From an uncultured Eubacteriales bacterium (GTDB lineage: Bacteria > Acidobacteriota > Aminicenantia > Aminicenantales > Aminicenantaceae), in assembly GCA_964505785.1 (NCBI GenBank), contig CAZDJZ010000007.1:35629-99628 (forward strand): a DNA stretch of 64,000 bases, read 5' to 3'. Below, one piece after another: positions 47,626 through 57,159 of the stretch. Made by a program: the position numbers and the translations under genes. Within the stretch, counting starts at the first letter, position 1. Every line of letters begins with the position of its first letter. Below the pieces are notes generated by a model. The model was given only the letters and a program-made list of their open reading frames with translations. It had not been told where the DNA came from and searched no databases.

Positions 47626-48606
47626 TTATTTAATCAGCTCACGAAGCTGCGGGATCAGGTTCTCGATAATTGGGACCTGAGGATCATCATCCGGAGCCAC
47701 TTCCAGATACTTTTCAAAGCTCTCGATAGCAACGGCATAATCTCCTAAGTTAAGCAGCGCATATCCTTTCTGGCGGTAAGGAGGCTCCCACTCAGGTTTA
47801 ATTTCTATAGCGATGTTATAATATTGCACTGCCTCTGCGGGTTTACCTTGTTTGAAATAGATTTCACCGACATTAAACGCCATAGTCTCATCTTTGGGAA
47901 AAACATCTACAGCTTCCCGCAAGTAATCTCCGGCTTTGTCCAATTGATCCATGGAGATATATGCTTCTCCTATCCCGGCTAAAGCGCGGGCAGCCGCTTC
48001 CTCGCCCTCCAAAGATCCTTTTTCTTCCCGGACTTTTTCCAAGACTGTCTCGTAGGCGGCAATAGCCTCCTCATATTCACCCGCTTCCTTTAACGCGTTT
48101 CCGATATTGATATTAACCTGGTAAATGGTCGGCTGTTTTTCCAAGAACTCCCGATACTTCGCAACAGCCTCTTGAAATTTTCCTTCTTCGAACAACTGGT
48201 TGCCTTCTTCGAACAAGGCAAGCGTTTCCTGGTTTCCCAGATCGGAGATGCCGGTGTCTTGAATTTTCTGAAGGGTCATATCTACAGGAGGGTTATTGCT
48301 TGAAAACTGGCTGACATTCATCCGGTCCTTCACCGGGATATAGCCTTCTTTTGTTGCCGTAATAATAAATACGCCGGTTCCCAGGCCGGCAATGGCCCAG
48401 TTCCCTTTACTATCTGACTTCGCGGAAAACGTAGTCCCGAATTCAGCGTGCTCCGCTGTAATTTCTACTCCTTTAACGGGTTTTCCTTCGCTGTCAAAAA
48501 CAGTGCCGTGAATACGGCCCCGGCCTCTTCCCTGCTGCGCTATAAGAAAATTGGAGCCTAAAAAAAGGACTAGAGCTATTATGATACCAATTTTATTTTT
48601 ATTCAT
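47626..48606 (-). CDS. secreted CarboxypepD_reg-domain plus TPR-repeat protein
   Basis: Start at MNKNKIGIIIALVLFLG (48606). GTVFDSEGKPVKGVEITA is a CarboxypepD_reg motif. This is followed by five or more TPR-like repeats (AIAAYETVLE, AVQYYNIAIEIKP). Confidence 0.75.
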   Translation of the reverse strand: MNKNKIGIIIALVLFLGSNFLIAQQGRGRGRIHGTVFDSEGKPVKGVEITAEHAEFGTTFSAKSDSKGNWAIAGLGTGVFIITATKEGYIPVKDRMNVSQFSSNNPPVDMTLQKIQDTGISDLGNQETLALFEEGNQLFEEGKFQEAVAKYREFLEKQPTIYQVNINIGNALKEAGEYEEAIAAYETVLEKVREEKGSLEGEEAAARALAGIGEAYISMDQLDKAGDYLREAVDVFPKDETMAFNVGEIYFKQGKPAEAVQYYNIAIEIKPEWEPPYRQKGYALLNLGDYAVAIESFEKYLEVAPDDDPQVPIIENLIPQLRELIK

Positions 48607-48715
48607 CACTTCCTCCTCGCCCGGGCCGCATACGCCGGCTGAAAGACCCAAGCGCGTAACATATTTCTTTATTCAGTCTCATTTTAATTTAATCAAAGCG
48701 AAAATTCAACTTTTC

Positions 48716-49720
48716 CTACTTATTAAAGGAAAACCGGATAACCTTTCTTAATCTGGTTTCGCCGGTTTGGTTTATCAAAGTTGCGAAAAAGCTGTTTTTC
48801 CCCTGTTTTAGTTTCCGGATGGACTCCGCATCATCTATGACAAACGGAATTTCCATTTTGTAGCTTTCCTTCTTGTTTTTTTTCAATTGTTCTTCCGGAA
48901 TCCGGACTTCAAATGATTCTTTATAGTCCCAGATCAGATCCCCTTTAACATCATTGAGTTCAAGCTGAAGAGACAAGGTCGTCGCTAAATCTTCGCCTTC
49001 TTCGGTGAACCACATATTGGCATAGGGAATTCCAAAATCCAATGTTCCGCTGAGCCGCTCGTCATTTCCTTCAATGTCCTGAATCGACCAATTAAAACTA
49101 AAAAAACCTTCCCTGCCGGTAATGGTCTGCTGGGCATCCGCCTGGGCACGGCTGAGGTGGTGCATATACATTAAATTGATTTCTCTTAGCCCGGTCAGAT
49201 CATATGTGACCAGATTATATGAACCAGTACAAGTCCGGTCAACAAAGACAACCGGGAAATTGCCGTAATACCAGGTTTCCTGGCACCTGCCTGAATAGCT
49301 TTGAGGATAGGTGATTCTATCCATAGGCGGCCCGAATAGAATATAAATCCGGCCCCGGTCTGTCAGCCAGCCCGGACGCCCTTCGCTGATAAATATGTCA
49401 TTAGCCCGTTCAATCCGGTTATAATATTCCATTCGAAATTCATTTTCCTCGGTTGTTGGGTCCGGATCCCGTTTTTCCCAGAATTCACGGATAAATTCAT
49501 CTTTGTCTTCGTCCGGAAGCTCCAGGAAAAGACGTTTTTCTTTATTTGAAATGATATACCGGACCTTGTTGATAAAGTCTTCATGATCGGGAGACAACTG
49601 CTTTTCCAGATTATAATAATGACAGGATACCGTCATCCAAACCGCTGCGGCGATTCCCAAGAATAAAACCCAGCGGAGAACCCGATGCCTTGCTAATTTA
49701 TTTTTTATATGCTGATTCAT
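48716..49720 (-). CDS. GWxTD-domain protein
   Basis: FIREFWEKRDP...YYNRIERANDIF...GRPGWLTDRGRIYILFGPP matches the GWxTD domain signature. ATGA-coupled to the upstream paralog. Confidence 0.8.
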   Translation of the reverse strand: MNQHIKNKLARHRVLRWVLFLGIAAAVWMTVSCHYYNLEKQLSPDHEDFINKVRYIISNKEKRLFLELPDEDKDEFIREFWEKRDPDPTTEENEFRMEYYNRIERANDIFISEGRPGWLTDRGRIYILFGPPMDRITYPQSYSGRCQETWYYGNFPVVFVDRTCTGSYNLVTYDLTGLREINLMYMHHLSRAQADAQQTITGREGFFSFNWSIQDIEGNDERLSGTLDFGIPYANMWFTEEGEDLATTLSLQLELNDVKGDLIWDYKESFEVRIPEEQLKKNKKESYKMEIPFVIDDAESIRKLKQGKNSFFATLINQTGETRLRKVIRFSFNK

Positions 49721-51789
49721 CTTTTTTTCTCCTTCAGGATTTCCAGGTTCTTTTTGATTTCAGGTTGATTGGTGTTGATCTCCAATGATTTCTCCCAGGC
49801 GGCCTGGGCTTCCACTAAATTTCCCGCCTGAAAATAACATTCCCCGATAACATTGAGAAGCGCGGCATTCAATCCATGCTCAGATATCGCCTCATTAAAA
49901 ACCTTGATTGCTTTGTTCATTTCTCCCCGGTATTGATAGGATTTACCCAGAATGAAATAAACTTCATAAGCAGGATTTTCTTCTCTTTCCATGACAGGTG
50001 TAAGCAGCGGTTCTACTTCAGCATATTCCTTGCGATTCATATATACCCGCGCCAAGCTAAGTGATATGGTATTCGAGTCCGGCTCTTTTTGGTAAGCAGC
50101 CTGCATGTATTGCATCGCTTTATCCATATCACCTTTATTAAAATACTGGGTGCCTAAGACATAATCGTACATCGGATCTTCCGTCCCAGCCAGAAGCTGG
50201 TTGTAAATCCAGGGACGGGGAATATTTTCAACATGAGTGAGATCAAACTCATCCCTTCCTGAAAAAACTTTTTGGTCATTTAATTGGAAATCCACTTCCA
50301 CGACATAATGGGCCGGGGTGAAATCCTGAAGAGAAAGCTGTTCGATTATAAGGGGAAGATTTTCATATCCACTGACATTCCGGGTAAAAGACTGAAATTC
50401 TTCGTCGTTCTTCAATAAGGTATATTTGAGTATTCCTTGCTCCTTTTGTAACGGAGACAGCCCATGAAGCTGAAAAATTATGACCAATTTATCCGTCCTT
50501 AGAAAAATGCGATTGGCCTGAAAGTGAATCTGATATTCACCGGCTTGAAAGGGACGTATCCGGTTTTCCCGGGTCGGTTTGTCCGCAAGATCATAACCCA
50601 GCAGCAGAGAGGTCATCTGCAGCTTATCGTCTTCATCAGGAATAATCAATTTCCTTTCCAAGGTCGTAAATTCCTTGGAAATCTCATTCTTCAGCATAAT
50701 CGTCAGATCATATTTCCCGGGAATCAGAGGAAACATGTCCCGGATGCTAATGGGACGGTGACTGACCTGTTTGATCTGTTCTTCAGAAAATTCAAGAGGA
50801 ATCGTTCTGTCAAATTGATAAATAATCGTATCTTCCTCATCTTTAACCGTTCCATTCAGCTGAAGGGTCGTATAATATTTATTTTCGTACATATTAACGG
50901 AAAGTCTTTCCGGTTCCAGAGCATAATTCACTAAGTATAGATTTTCGGATTCTTTTGATATGGAAACAAAACCGTCGCTGTCCATATAATTGGCTGTGTA
51001 TTCAACCTCCACGCTATCCTTGTATTCAAGAAACTTTTCGGCATAACGGTCCTTAATTTCCCGGACCGGAGTGGATTCTACACGGTTGACCAGCATATCC
51101 GAGGACATGCTGGGCCGGCCCATTGACAAATTCCGCTCGCCCGGAATTAAGGTCAAAGACACTTCCGCAAGGGCAGGATCCACATTCATGAGCTGCTCAT
51201 AGGCGGCCATATAATTGGATTGGTCCCCGTCGTAAGATGTCAATAAACCCTGAGGTCCATCCGTAAGCGGACTGTAGAGCTTGTATTCCCCGACTCCGCC
51301 GTCCTGAAAAAAAACCAAATTGAACCCCGGAGGGAGACCCTTATCGGTCATTCCCTGATAAAACCAGACTTCGGTAGGGTATACCTGATTTTTTCCCTCA
51401 AACCTTTGTATATCATTGGGTTCACCCAAGATGATATACATTCGGCCCCTATCTGTCCGCCATCCCTCTTTAGGAGCACTTCGTCCAAAAAAATGGTTTA
51501 CGTAGTTTATCCGGCGGAAATGTTCTTCACGGAATTCATTCTTTTCGGTATTCATCGTCGGATCTCTTTGTTTCCAAAAAGCTTCGATGAACAAATCCCG
51601 TTCCCTGTCGCTGCTCAGTTTTAAAAACACTTCCTTTTCCAAGGGAGAAATAATATAAACGACTTCTTTTTCCAGCCACTCCCGGTGGCGTTGGGAAAGT
51701 TCTTTTACCGAATCTGAATAAACAGATAAACATAAAGCAGATGCAAGCAATAGCAATGCAATGCTTTTTTTTATTATTCGAACAGCCAT
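49717..51789 (-). CDS. GWxTD-domain protein with C-terminal TPR repeats
   Basis: FIEAFWKQRDP...HFRRINYVNHFF...PKEGWRTDRGRMYIILGEPN, with C-terminal TPR-like repeats and a signal peptide. Confidence 0.8.
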   Translation of the reverse strand: MAVRIIKKSIALLLLASALCLSVYSDSVKELSQRHREWLEKEVVYIISPLEKEVFLKLSSDRERDLFIEAFWKQRDPTMNTEKNEFREEHFRRINYVNHFFGRSAPKEGWRTDRGRMYIILGEPNDIQRFEGKNQVYPTEVWFYQGMTDKGLPPGFNLVFFQDGGVGEYKLYSPLTDGPQGLLTSYDGDQSNYMAAYEQLMNVDPALAEVSLTLIPGERNLSMGRPSMSSDMLVNRVESTPVREIKDRYAEKFLEYKDSVEVEYTANYMDSDGFVSISKESENLYLVNYALEPERLSVNMYENKYYTTLQLNGTVKDEEDTIIYQFDRTIPLEFSEEQIKQVSHRPISIRDMFPLIPGKYDLTIMLKNEISKEFTTLERKLIIPDEDDKLQMTSLLLGYDLADKPTRENRIRPFQAGEYQIHFQANRIFLRTDKLVIIFQLHGLSPLQKEQGILKYTLLKNDEEFQSFTRNVSGYENLPLIIEQLSLQDFTPAHYVVEVDFQLNDQKVFSGRDEFDLTHVENIPRPWIYNQLLAGTEDPMYDYVLGTQYFNKGDMDKAMQYMQAAYQKEPDSNTISLSLARVYMNRKEYAEVEPLLTPVMEREENPAYEVYFILGKSYQYRGEMNKAIKVFNEAISEHGLNAALLNVIGECYFQAGNLVEAQAAWEKSLEINTNQPEIKKNLEILKEKKR

Positions 51790-51991
51790 ATTTAATTGCT
51801 CCCTGTTTATTAAAATTTCACATACCCAGGCTGATTAAACCAGGTTAGTGAATTAATTGTTATTATACCAAACCTTCCTCAGGGCAGTAAGGAAGGTTCA
51901 CATATATAAACAATTATTTATTCACTTTCGTTACATAAAGCCGCATGTTGGGCGGTTTCCGGTCACCGCGAGCGAGAAAAATGATCCCATA

Positions 51992-52228
51992 TGTCATTCC
52001 CCGGGCAGAACGACGCAGAAATCTTAGACTGCATTGTTATGCTCGCTGCGCTCACGTTCATCGCGTTCTTCGCGTTCCTTAAGTCTATTCGGTCTGTTCC
52101 GTCGGCTCGCTTCGTTCGCATGTTCATTGCAGTCTGCCTTGATATGATTTGCAGATTTGAGCTTTAAGATTTGAGATATTCAGAGCAGAATGAGATCTTT
52201 CTGGTGATTACACGCTCCTCCGGATGAC
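51992..52228. repeat. B-type interspersed mosaic element (opposite orientation)
   Basis: tgtcattccccgggcagaacgacgcagaaatcttagac...cgttcatcgcgttcttcgcgttcc...gtctattcggtctgttc...gatttgagctttaagatttgag...ctcctccggatgac. This is the reverse-complement order of the modules seen at 39936 and 53753. Confidence 0.65.
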
Positions 52229-52263
52229 CCTGGCGGGTTATTTTTGAACAAATGGTTCAGGTG

Positions 52264-52352
52264 TGGTGCGGAAGGTGGGACTCGAACCCACACGGCCTTT
52301 TGGGCCATAAACTCCTGAGGCTTACGCGTCTACCAGATTCCGCCACTTCCGC
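52264..52352 (-). tRNA. tRNA-Leu (anticodon CAG), CCA encoded
   Basis: The reverse complement reads GCGGAAGTGGCGGAATCTGGTAGACGCGTAAGCCTCAGGAGTTTATGGCCCAAAAGGCCGTGTGGGTTCGAGTCCCACCTTCCGCACCA. It has a 7-bp acceptor stem, an anticodon loop CTCAGGA, a long variable arm and a GTTCGAGTC T-loop. It is very similar to the E. coli tRNA-Leu(CAG) layout. Confidence 0.9.
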
Positions 52353-52585
52353 ACAAAAGCTTCGCGATTTGACATTATAGCGATATATGCAGATGCTGTA
52401 AAGTGAAAAGATACTTGACAAATATTACATCCGGCGTATCTTTAAAATGCGTGAGCAATTCCCCAAAATTATTCCCAGTAATGAACATCTGTCTTTTTTC
52501 CGGACAATACAATTCTCTGCTTTTATTTTTCCACTCGGCGGGCAACCTAAGTCTAATAAGGTCCCAGCCTTTTTTAGGAGGACAT

Positions 52586-53737
52586 ATGAAATTATTAAAC
52601 CAGGGACAACTCGAATCTCTCTCAAGATTCCGCAGCCGGAAACTTCCCATGATTTCCTTATTTCTCGATACCAGCCGCAACCGTCTTTCCAAGAAAGAGA
52701 TTCAAATTTCCCTCAAAAATTTGCTTCAGCATGGAAGGTCGAGGCTGAATCAAATGGATTTTTCCAAATCAGAAAAGGAATTCTTATCAAAGGAACTTGA
52801 TAAAATCGGCGCATACTGTTCACGCCGTCTTCCCGGTTATAAGTATGTTGGGATGGCGGTTTTCAGCTCTACAAAAGATGATTTCTGGCAAGATTTCGAA
52901 TTGGTAAAATCCCCGCGGAATATGATTATTTTTGACCAATCTCCATATGTGCGTCCCCTTTCTGCTGTTCTGGATGAATACCACCGGATTTGTGTTGTTA
53001 CATCCGATAAAAAATCCGCAGCTTGGTATGGCGTGTACATGGGAGAAATCACCCGGCTTGAAACTCTTTCCGGGAAAGATGAGCCCCAGCCGCGGGAATC
53101 AGGCCGGGAAGAATATAGTTCCAAGCGGATTGAACGCCATATAAATTCGATTCAGCACAGTCATTTTAAAAAAGCGGCGAAAACCACCTTTGATTTATGG
53201 AAACAGCATAAATTCGAGTGGCTTTTCATGGGAATTCCTGATAAATATGTCCCTGAATTTGAATCCCTTCTGCATCCATATATTAAAAAGAGCATTAAGG
53301 CCCGCATTAAAATAAAGCCCCAAGACTCTATGTCAAAAATCCTATCCAAAACTTTAGAGTTGAAACAAAAATTAAAAGAAGATGAGAGGAATGAAATTGT
53401 TAAGCGTTTTATAAAGGAATCCCATAAAGACGGTCTGGCGGTTGCCGGATTGGAACCAACCCTGAATAAACTGAACCGGGGTGAAATACAAACAATGCTT
53501 GTTACCCGATTTTTTTCTCAGCCGGGGATGCAATGCCCGGAATGCGGTTTTCTTTATCTTACCCGGAAAACCTGTTCCGTCTGCCATAAACCGACAGAAA
53601 AAGTTATGGACATCGTTGACCATGCGGTGGAAAACGCTTTGAACTCAAGCTGCCGGGTCAAGCACATCAGTCCGCCCTCTGATCTGGATGCTTACGGGAA
53701 AATCGGCGGTTTTCTCCGCTATAAAACGACGACCTGA
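52586..53737 (+). CDS. bacterial archaeo-eukaryotic release-factor-like protein (aeRF1/Pelota/Vms1-like, baeRF family) with C-terminal zinc ribbon insert
   Basis: Start at the ATG at 52586 after a taggagg RBS. ISLFLDT, SPYVRPL and VVTSDKKSAAWYGVY blocks. DGLAVAGLEPTLNKLNRGEIQTMLV resembles eRF1 domain 3. CPECG...CSVCH is a Zn ribbon. The C-terminal end is GKIGGFLRY. Confidence 0.55.
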   Translation: MKLLNQGQLESLSRFRSRKLPMISLFLDTSRNRLSKKEIQISLKNLLQHGRSRLNQMDFSKSEKEFLSKELDKIGAYCSRRLPGYKYVGMAVFSSTKDDFWQDFELVKSPRNMIIFDQSPYVRPLSAVLDEYHRICVVTSDKKSAAWYGVYMGEITRLETLSGKDEPQPRESGREEYSSKRIERHINSIQHSHFKKAAKTTFDLWKQHKFEWLFMGIPDKYVPEFESLLHPYIKKSIKARIKIKPQDSMSKILSKTLELKQKLKEDERNEIVKRFIKESHKDGLAVAGLEPTLNKLNRGEIQTMLVTRFFSQPGMQCPECGFLYLTRKTCSVCHKPTEKVMDIVDHAVENALNSSCRVKHISPPSDLDAYGKIGGFLRYKTTT

Positions 53738-53752
53738 ACTATTGACACACTG

Positions 53753-54022
53753 TGTCATCCTGAGGGCTGCGAAGCAGACCGCAAGGATCTTGTGCTGCCT
53801 CGCCTTAAAGAAGTGAAGAGTAAATCAAAGATCAAAAAAAATCCAAAGCCGAATAGGAGATCGGGGTCTTTATTTAAATTGAATGGACCGAACAGACTGA
53901 ATAGACAAAGACAAACCTGGAAAGACCCAGATGGACTAATATAAGCTAAAAGAACGCGAAGAACGCGAGCGAAGCGAGCAAGACCGCCTAAGATTCCCGT
54001 CGCTGCGCTCCGGGAATGACAT
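53753..54022. repeat. B-type interspersed mosaic element, full copy
   Basis: gtgtcatcctgagggctgcgaagcagaccgcaaggatcttgtgctgcctcg...ccaaagccgaataggagatcgggg...tttatttaaattgaatggaccgaacagactgaatagac...aaaagaacgcgaagaacgcgagcgaagcgagc...cgcctaagattcccgtcgctgcgctccgggaatgacat. Confidence 0.75.
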
Positions 54023-54072
54023 GGGGTCAACCGCAAGCGCGCAGCCAGCCGGGTGAACAGATCGAATTGCGG

Positions 54073-57000
54073 TTATTCCTCTTTAAATGAAACTCTATCA
54101 AACAAACTGTAGAGAATCGGGATAACAAACAGCGTCAGCAGGGTTGTTGCGACAAGGCCGCCGATAACCGCCACAGCCATGGGAGACCGCATCTCCGATC
54201 CGGCCGAAGTGGATATGGCCATGGGAACCATTCCCATGATGGTTGTCAATGCCGTAATCAGAACCGGACGCAATCGAACGGTACAGCCTTCAAGAATAGC
54301 TTCTTTCTTGTCCAATCCCCGGTTTTTCAGCTGATTGATATAATCGATCATAACAATACCGTTATTGACCGCGATTCCAGCCAGGATAATAAAACCTATA
54401 AGCGAAATTAAACTCAGAGTATTTCCGCTAATCAACAAAGCCAGCATCACTCCGACAAGGGCCAAGGGAATAGTAAACATGATGACAAACGGATGCAGAA
54501 ATGATTCAAATTGAGACGCCATTATCATATAAACCAGCAGCGTCGCCATCAAGAAAACCAAGATCATCGTCCTGAATGCCTCCTGCATATCTTCATATTG
54601 GCCACCGTATTCAATAAAATATCCTGTAGGGAGACCGGCATCAATCTCCGTTGTCCGGCTGATGACATCCTCCATAATGCTGCCGAGATCCCGTCCGGCG
54701 ATATTAGCCGAAACAGTCACAACTCTGGCTTGATTTTCCCGGTCGATCTGAACCGGACCTTCGCCTTCGGACACCTCGGCTATCTGATCAAGGCGCACCA
54801 TGGTGTTCATGGGCGTGACGACCGGAATATTTTTTATATCCCTTAATTCATCCCGGAATTCCTCCTGCAGCCGCACGCGCACATCGAATTCATCATTACC
54901 TTCACGGTAATGAGTGGCTACCGTTCCGAGAGAAGCCGTTTGAACCGTATTAGCCACCTGCGCAAGTGACAGCCCCATCCGCGAAGCTTTATCCCGGTCA
55001 ATATTGATTTGATATTCCGGCCTGCCTTCCGCCAGGGAATGCGTTACATCACGCAGGCCTTCAACGTCCTGAATCCGCGCGACCACATTATCCGCAATGG
55101 ACCTCAATCGTTCAATTTCATCGCCAAATATCTTCAATTCAACCGGGGCCATGGCACCGCCCATCATCATTTGGCTCATATCAATGGCTTCAAATTTCAC
55201 ATTTTGCAATCGGGGAAGTTTGAATCTGATTTTTTCCAAAATTTGCAAATCCGACAATTCACGCTCAGACTGATTAACCAAGCCCACCCAAAGCAGCGCC
55301 TCATGCGGGCCGGATGGAGAAAATCCGCTTCCCGTATCTGCCGGGTCATCCTCTGCTTGGGAGCCGATTTGCGCGGATACGATATCCACTCCAGGCTCTT
55401 CCAGCATCAATTTTTCAACCATGCCAGTAACACGGTTGGTCTCTTCCAAAGCGGTTCCGACCGGCATCTTCACTTGAAGCAGAATCATATCCCGGTCGGA
55501 TGCAGGCATAAATTCCGTCCCGACAAACGGAATGATGACAAAAGAGATTAAAAATATTCCCAGTGCTCCGGCTAAAACCCAACCCCGGTGCTTAAGTGCC
55601 GTGTGCAGGAGGCTGCGGTACCGTCCCCTGAATCGTTCAAATTGAACCTTTTTTTTCTTGTGGTTATTTGGACCGTTTTTGTTATTGGCCTTGAAAATCA
55701 ATGACGCAACCAAGGGAATAATCGTCAGGGCGACAAACAGCGAGGCAATCAGGGAAAAAGCAATGGCCAATGCTAACCCCCGGGTTAATTTCCCGGTGAT
55801 CCCGGACGCAAACATCATGGGGAAAAAGACGGCGATTGTGGTCAGTGTGGAAGCAGTGATAGCCATACCCACTTCGGAAGCACCTTTTTTTGCGGCATTA
55901 TCCCGCTTTTGGCCTTCCTCCAAATGGCGGAATATATTCTCGATCACAACAACCGCGTTATCCACCAGCATGCCGATCCCCAAGGCTAATCCGCCCAGTG
56001 TCAGTAAATTAATCGTATATCCAGCGGCATAAAACGCAATAAATGTCGTGATAATCGACAGGGGAATCGCCAATGCAATGGTGATTGTGGGACGCCAGTT
56101 GCGCAGAAAAAGCAGGATAAAAAAAACGGCCAGAATTCCACCGACCAAGGCATTATTTCCGGTCTGCCTGATCACTTGCTGAATCATATCCGATTGGTCC
56201 ATGGCCACATAAAAATTGATATCTTCAGGAAGATTCTTTTTGATTCTCTTCAGCTCTTCCTTGGCGGCTTCCGCGGTAATAACCGTGTTGGCTCCAGACC
56301 GCTTACTAACCATAAGATAAACTCCGCTTTCCTGCTGAATACGAGCCAAATACCGGGTTTCCTTCAGCGTATCTTCAACAACCGCCACATCGCTTAAATA
56401 AATCGGCTGATTGGATTCCGTGGAACCCACAACAATACCGCGAATATCATTCAGGGAATCGTACTCACCTTTAGTGCGGATTAAAAATTCCTTATGCCTC
56501 TCGACCAAATGGCCTGCAGGAAGATTCAAATTCTCCATCCGGAGTACTTGTATCACCTGCTGCAGGGACAATTTACGTGACTCCAAAGCCGGCATATCTA
56601 TATTAACCTGAATTTCACGGGTTTCGGGAGCAAAAACCTGGGACGATGCCACACCCTCGATTCTTTCAATCCGCATGGCGACTTCTTCTTCGATGATTTC
56701 CTTTAGTTCATCGACTGGCCGGTCACCGGTCACACCCCAAAAAACGATCGGCATCTGCGAGATATCAAATTTAACCACCATGGGATCGGACGCATCTTCA
56801 GGGAGATAACCGGCATAAATTCCGATCTGGTCCCGTATATCCTGCGCGGCAAAATCCAGATTGGTCCCCCATTCCAATTCAACCATGATAACTGAAACAC
56901 CTTCAGACGAAGTCGAATTAACATTTTTTACACCCGACACTGTATTGACTACCTGTTCCAGAGGCCGGGTTATGGTGTTTTCAATATCTTCCGGGGACAC

Positions 57001-57159
57001 CCCTTGATAGCTCGTGATAACTGAAACAGTCGGGAATTCCAGTTCAGGGAAAAAATCCAAGCCCAGCTGGGTATAGGCCAAAATTCCCAGCACAACCACG
57101 ATCATAACCAGCATGGAAGTCGTAACTTTACGGTTAACGGAAAATTCAGGCAGTTTCAT
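54073..57159 (-). CDS. RND efflux transporter permease (AcrB/HAE1-like)
   Basis: 1028 aa with a 12-TM, two-large-loop architecture. MKLPEFSVNRKVTTSMLVMIVVVLG, GMLVDNAVVVIENI and GIAVNNGIVMIDY. Confidence 0.95.
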   Translation of the reverse strand: MKLPEFSVNRKVTTSMLVMIVVVLGILAYTQLGLDFFPELEFPTVSVITSYQGVSPEDIENTITRPLEQVVNTVSGVKNVNSTSSEGVSVIMVELEWGTNLDFAAQDIRDQIGIYAGYLPEDASDPMVVKFDISQMPIVFWGVTGDRPVDELKEIIEEEVAMRIERIEGVASSQVFAPETREIQVNIDMPALESRKLSLQQVIQVLRMENLNLPAGHLVERHKEFLIRTKGEYDSLNDIRGIVVGSTESNQPIYLSDVAVVEDTLKETRYLARIQQESGVYLMVSKRSGANTVITAEAAKEELKRIKKNLPEDINFYVAMDQSDMIQQVIRQTGNNALVGGILAVFFILLFLRNWRPTITIALAIPLSIITTFIAFYAAGYTINLLTLGGLALGIGMLVDNAVVVIENIFRHLEEGQKRDNAAKKGASEVGMAITASTLTTIAVFFPMMFASGITGKLTRGLALAIAFSLIASLFVALTIIPLVASLIFKANNKNGPNNHKKKKVQFERFRGRYRSLLHTALKHRGWVLAGALGIFLISFVIIPFVGTEFMPASDRDMILLQVKMPVGTALEETNRVTGMVEKLMLEEPGVDIVSAQIGSQAEDDPADTGSGFSPSGPHEALLWVGLVNQSERELSDLQILEKIRFKLPRLQNVKFEAIDMSQMMMGGAMAPVELKIFGDEIERLRSIADNVVARIQDVEGLRDVTHSLAEGRPEYQINIDRDKASRMGLSLAQVANTVQTASLGTVATHYREGNDEFDVRVRLQEEFRDELRDIKNIPVVTPMNTMVRLDQIAEVSEGEGPVQIDRENQARVVTVSANIAGRDLGSIMEDVISRTTEIDAGLPTGYFIEYGGQYEDMQEAFRTMILVFLMATLLVYMIMASQFESFLHPFVIMFTIPLALVGVMLALLISGNTLSLISLIGFIILAGIAVNNGIVMIDYINQLKNRGLDKKEAILEGCTVRLRPVLITALTTIMGMVPMAISTSAGSEMRSPMAVAVIGGLVATTLLTLFVIPILYSLFDRVSFKEE

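Noticed and set aside
52403-52585. 5' extension of the release-factor-like ORF back to 52403
   Set aside because: The extension has no RBS, begins 50 nt from the tRNA gene and translates to low-quality sequence. A taggagg RBS precedes the ATG at 52586.
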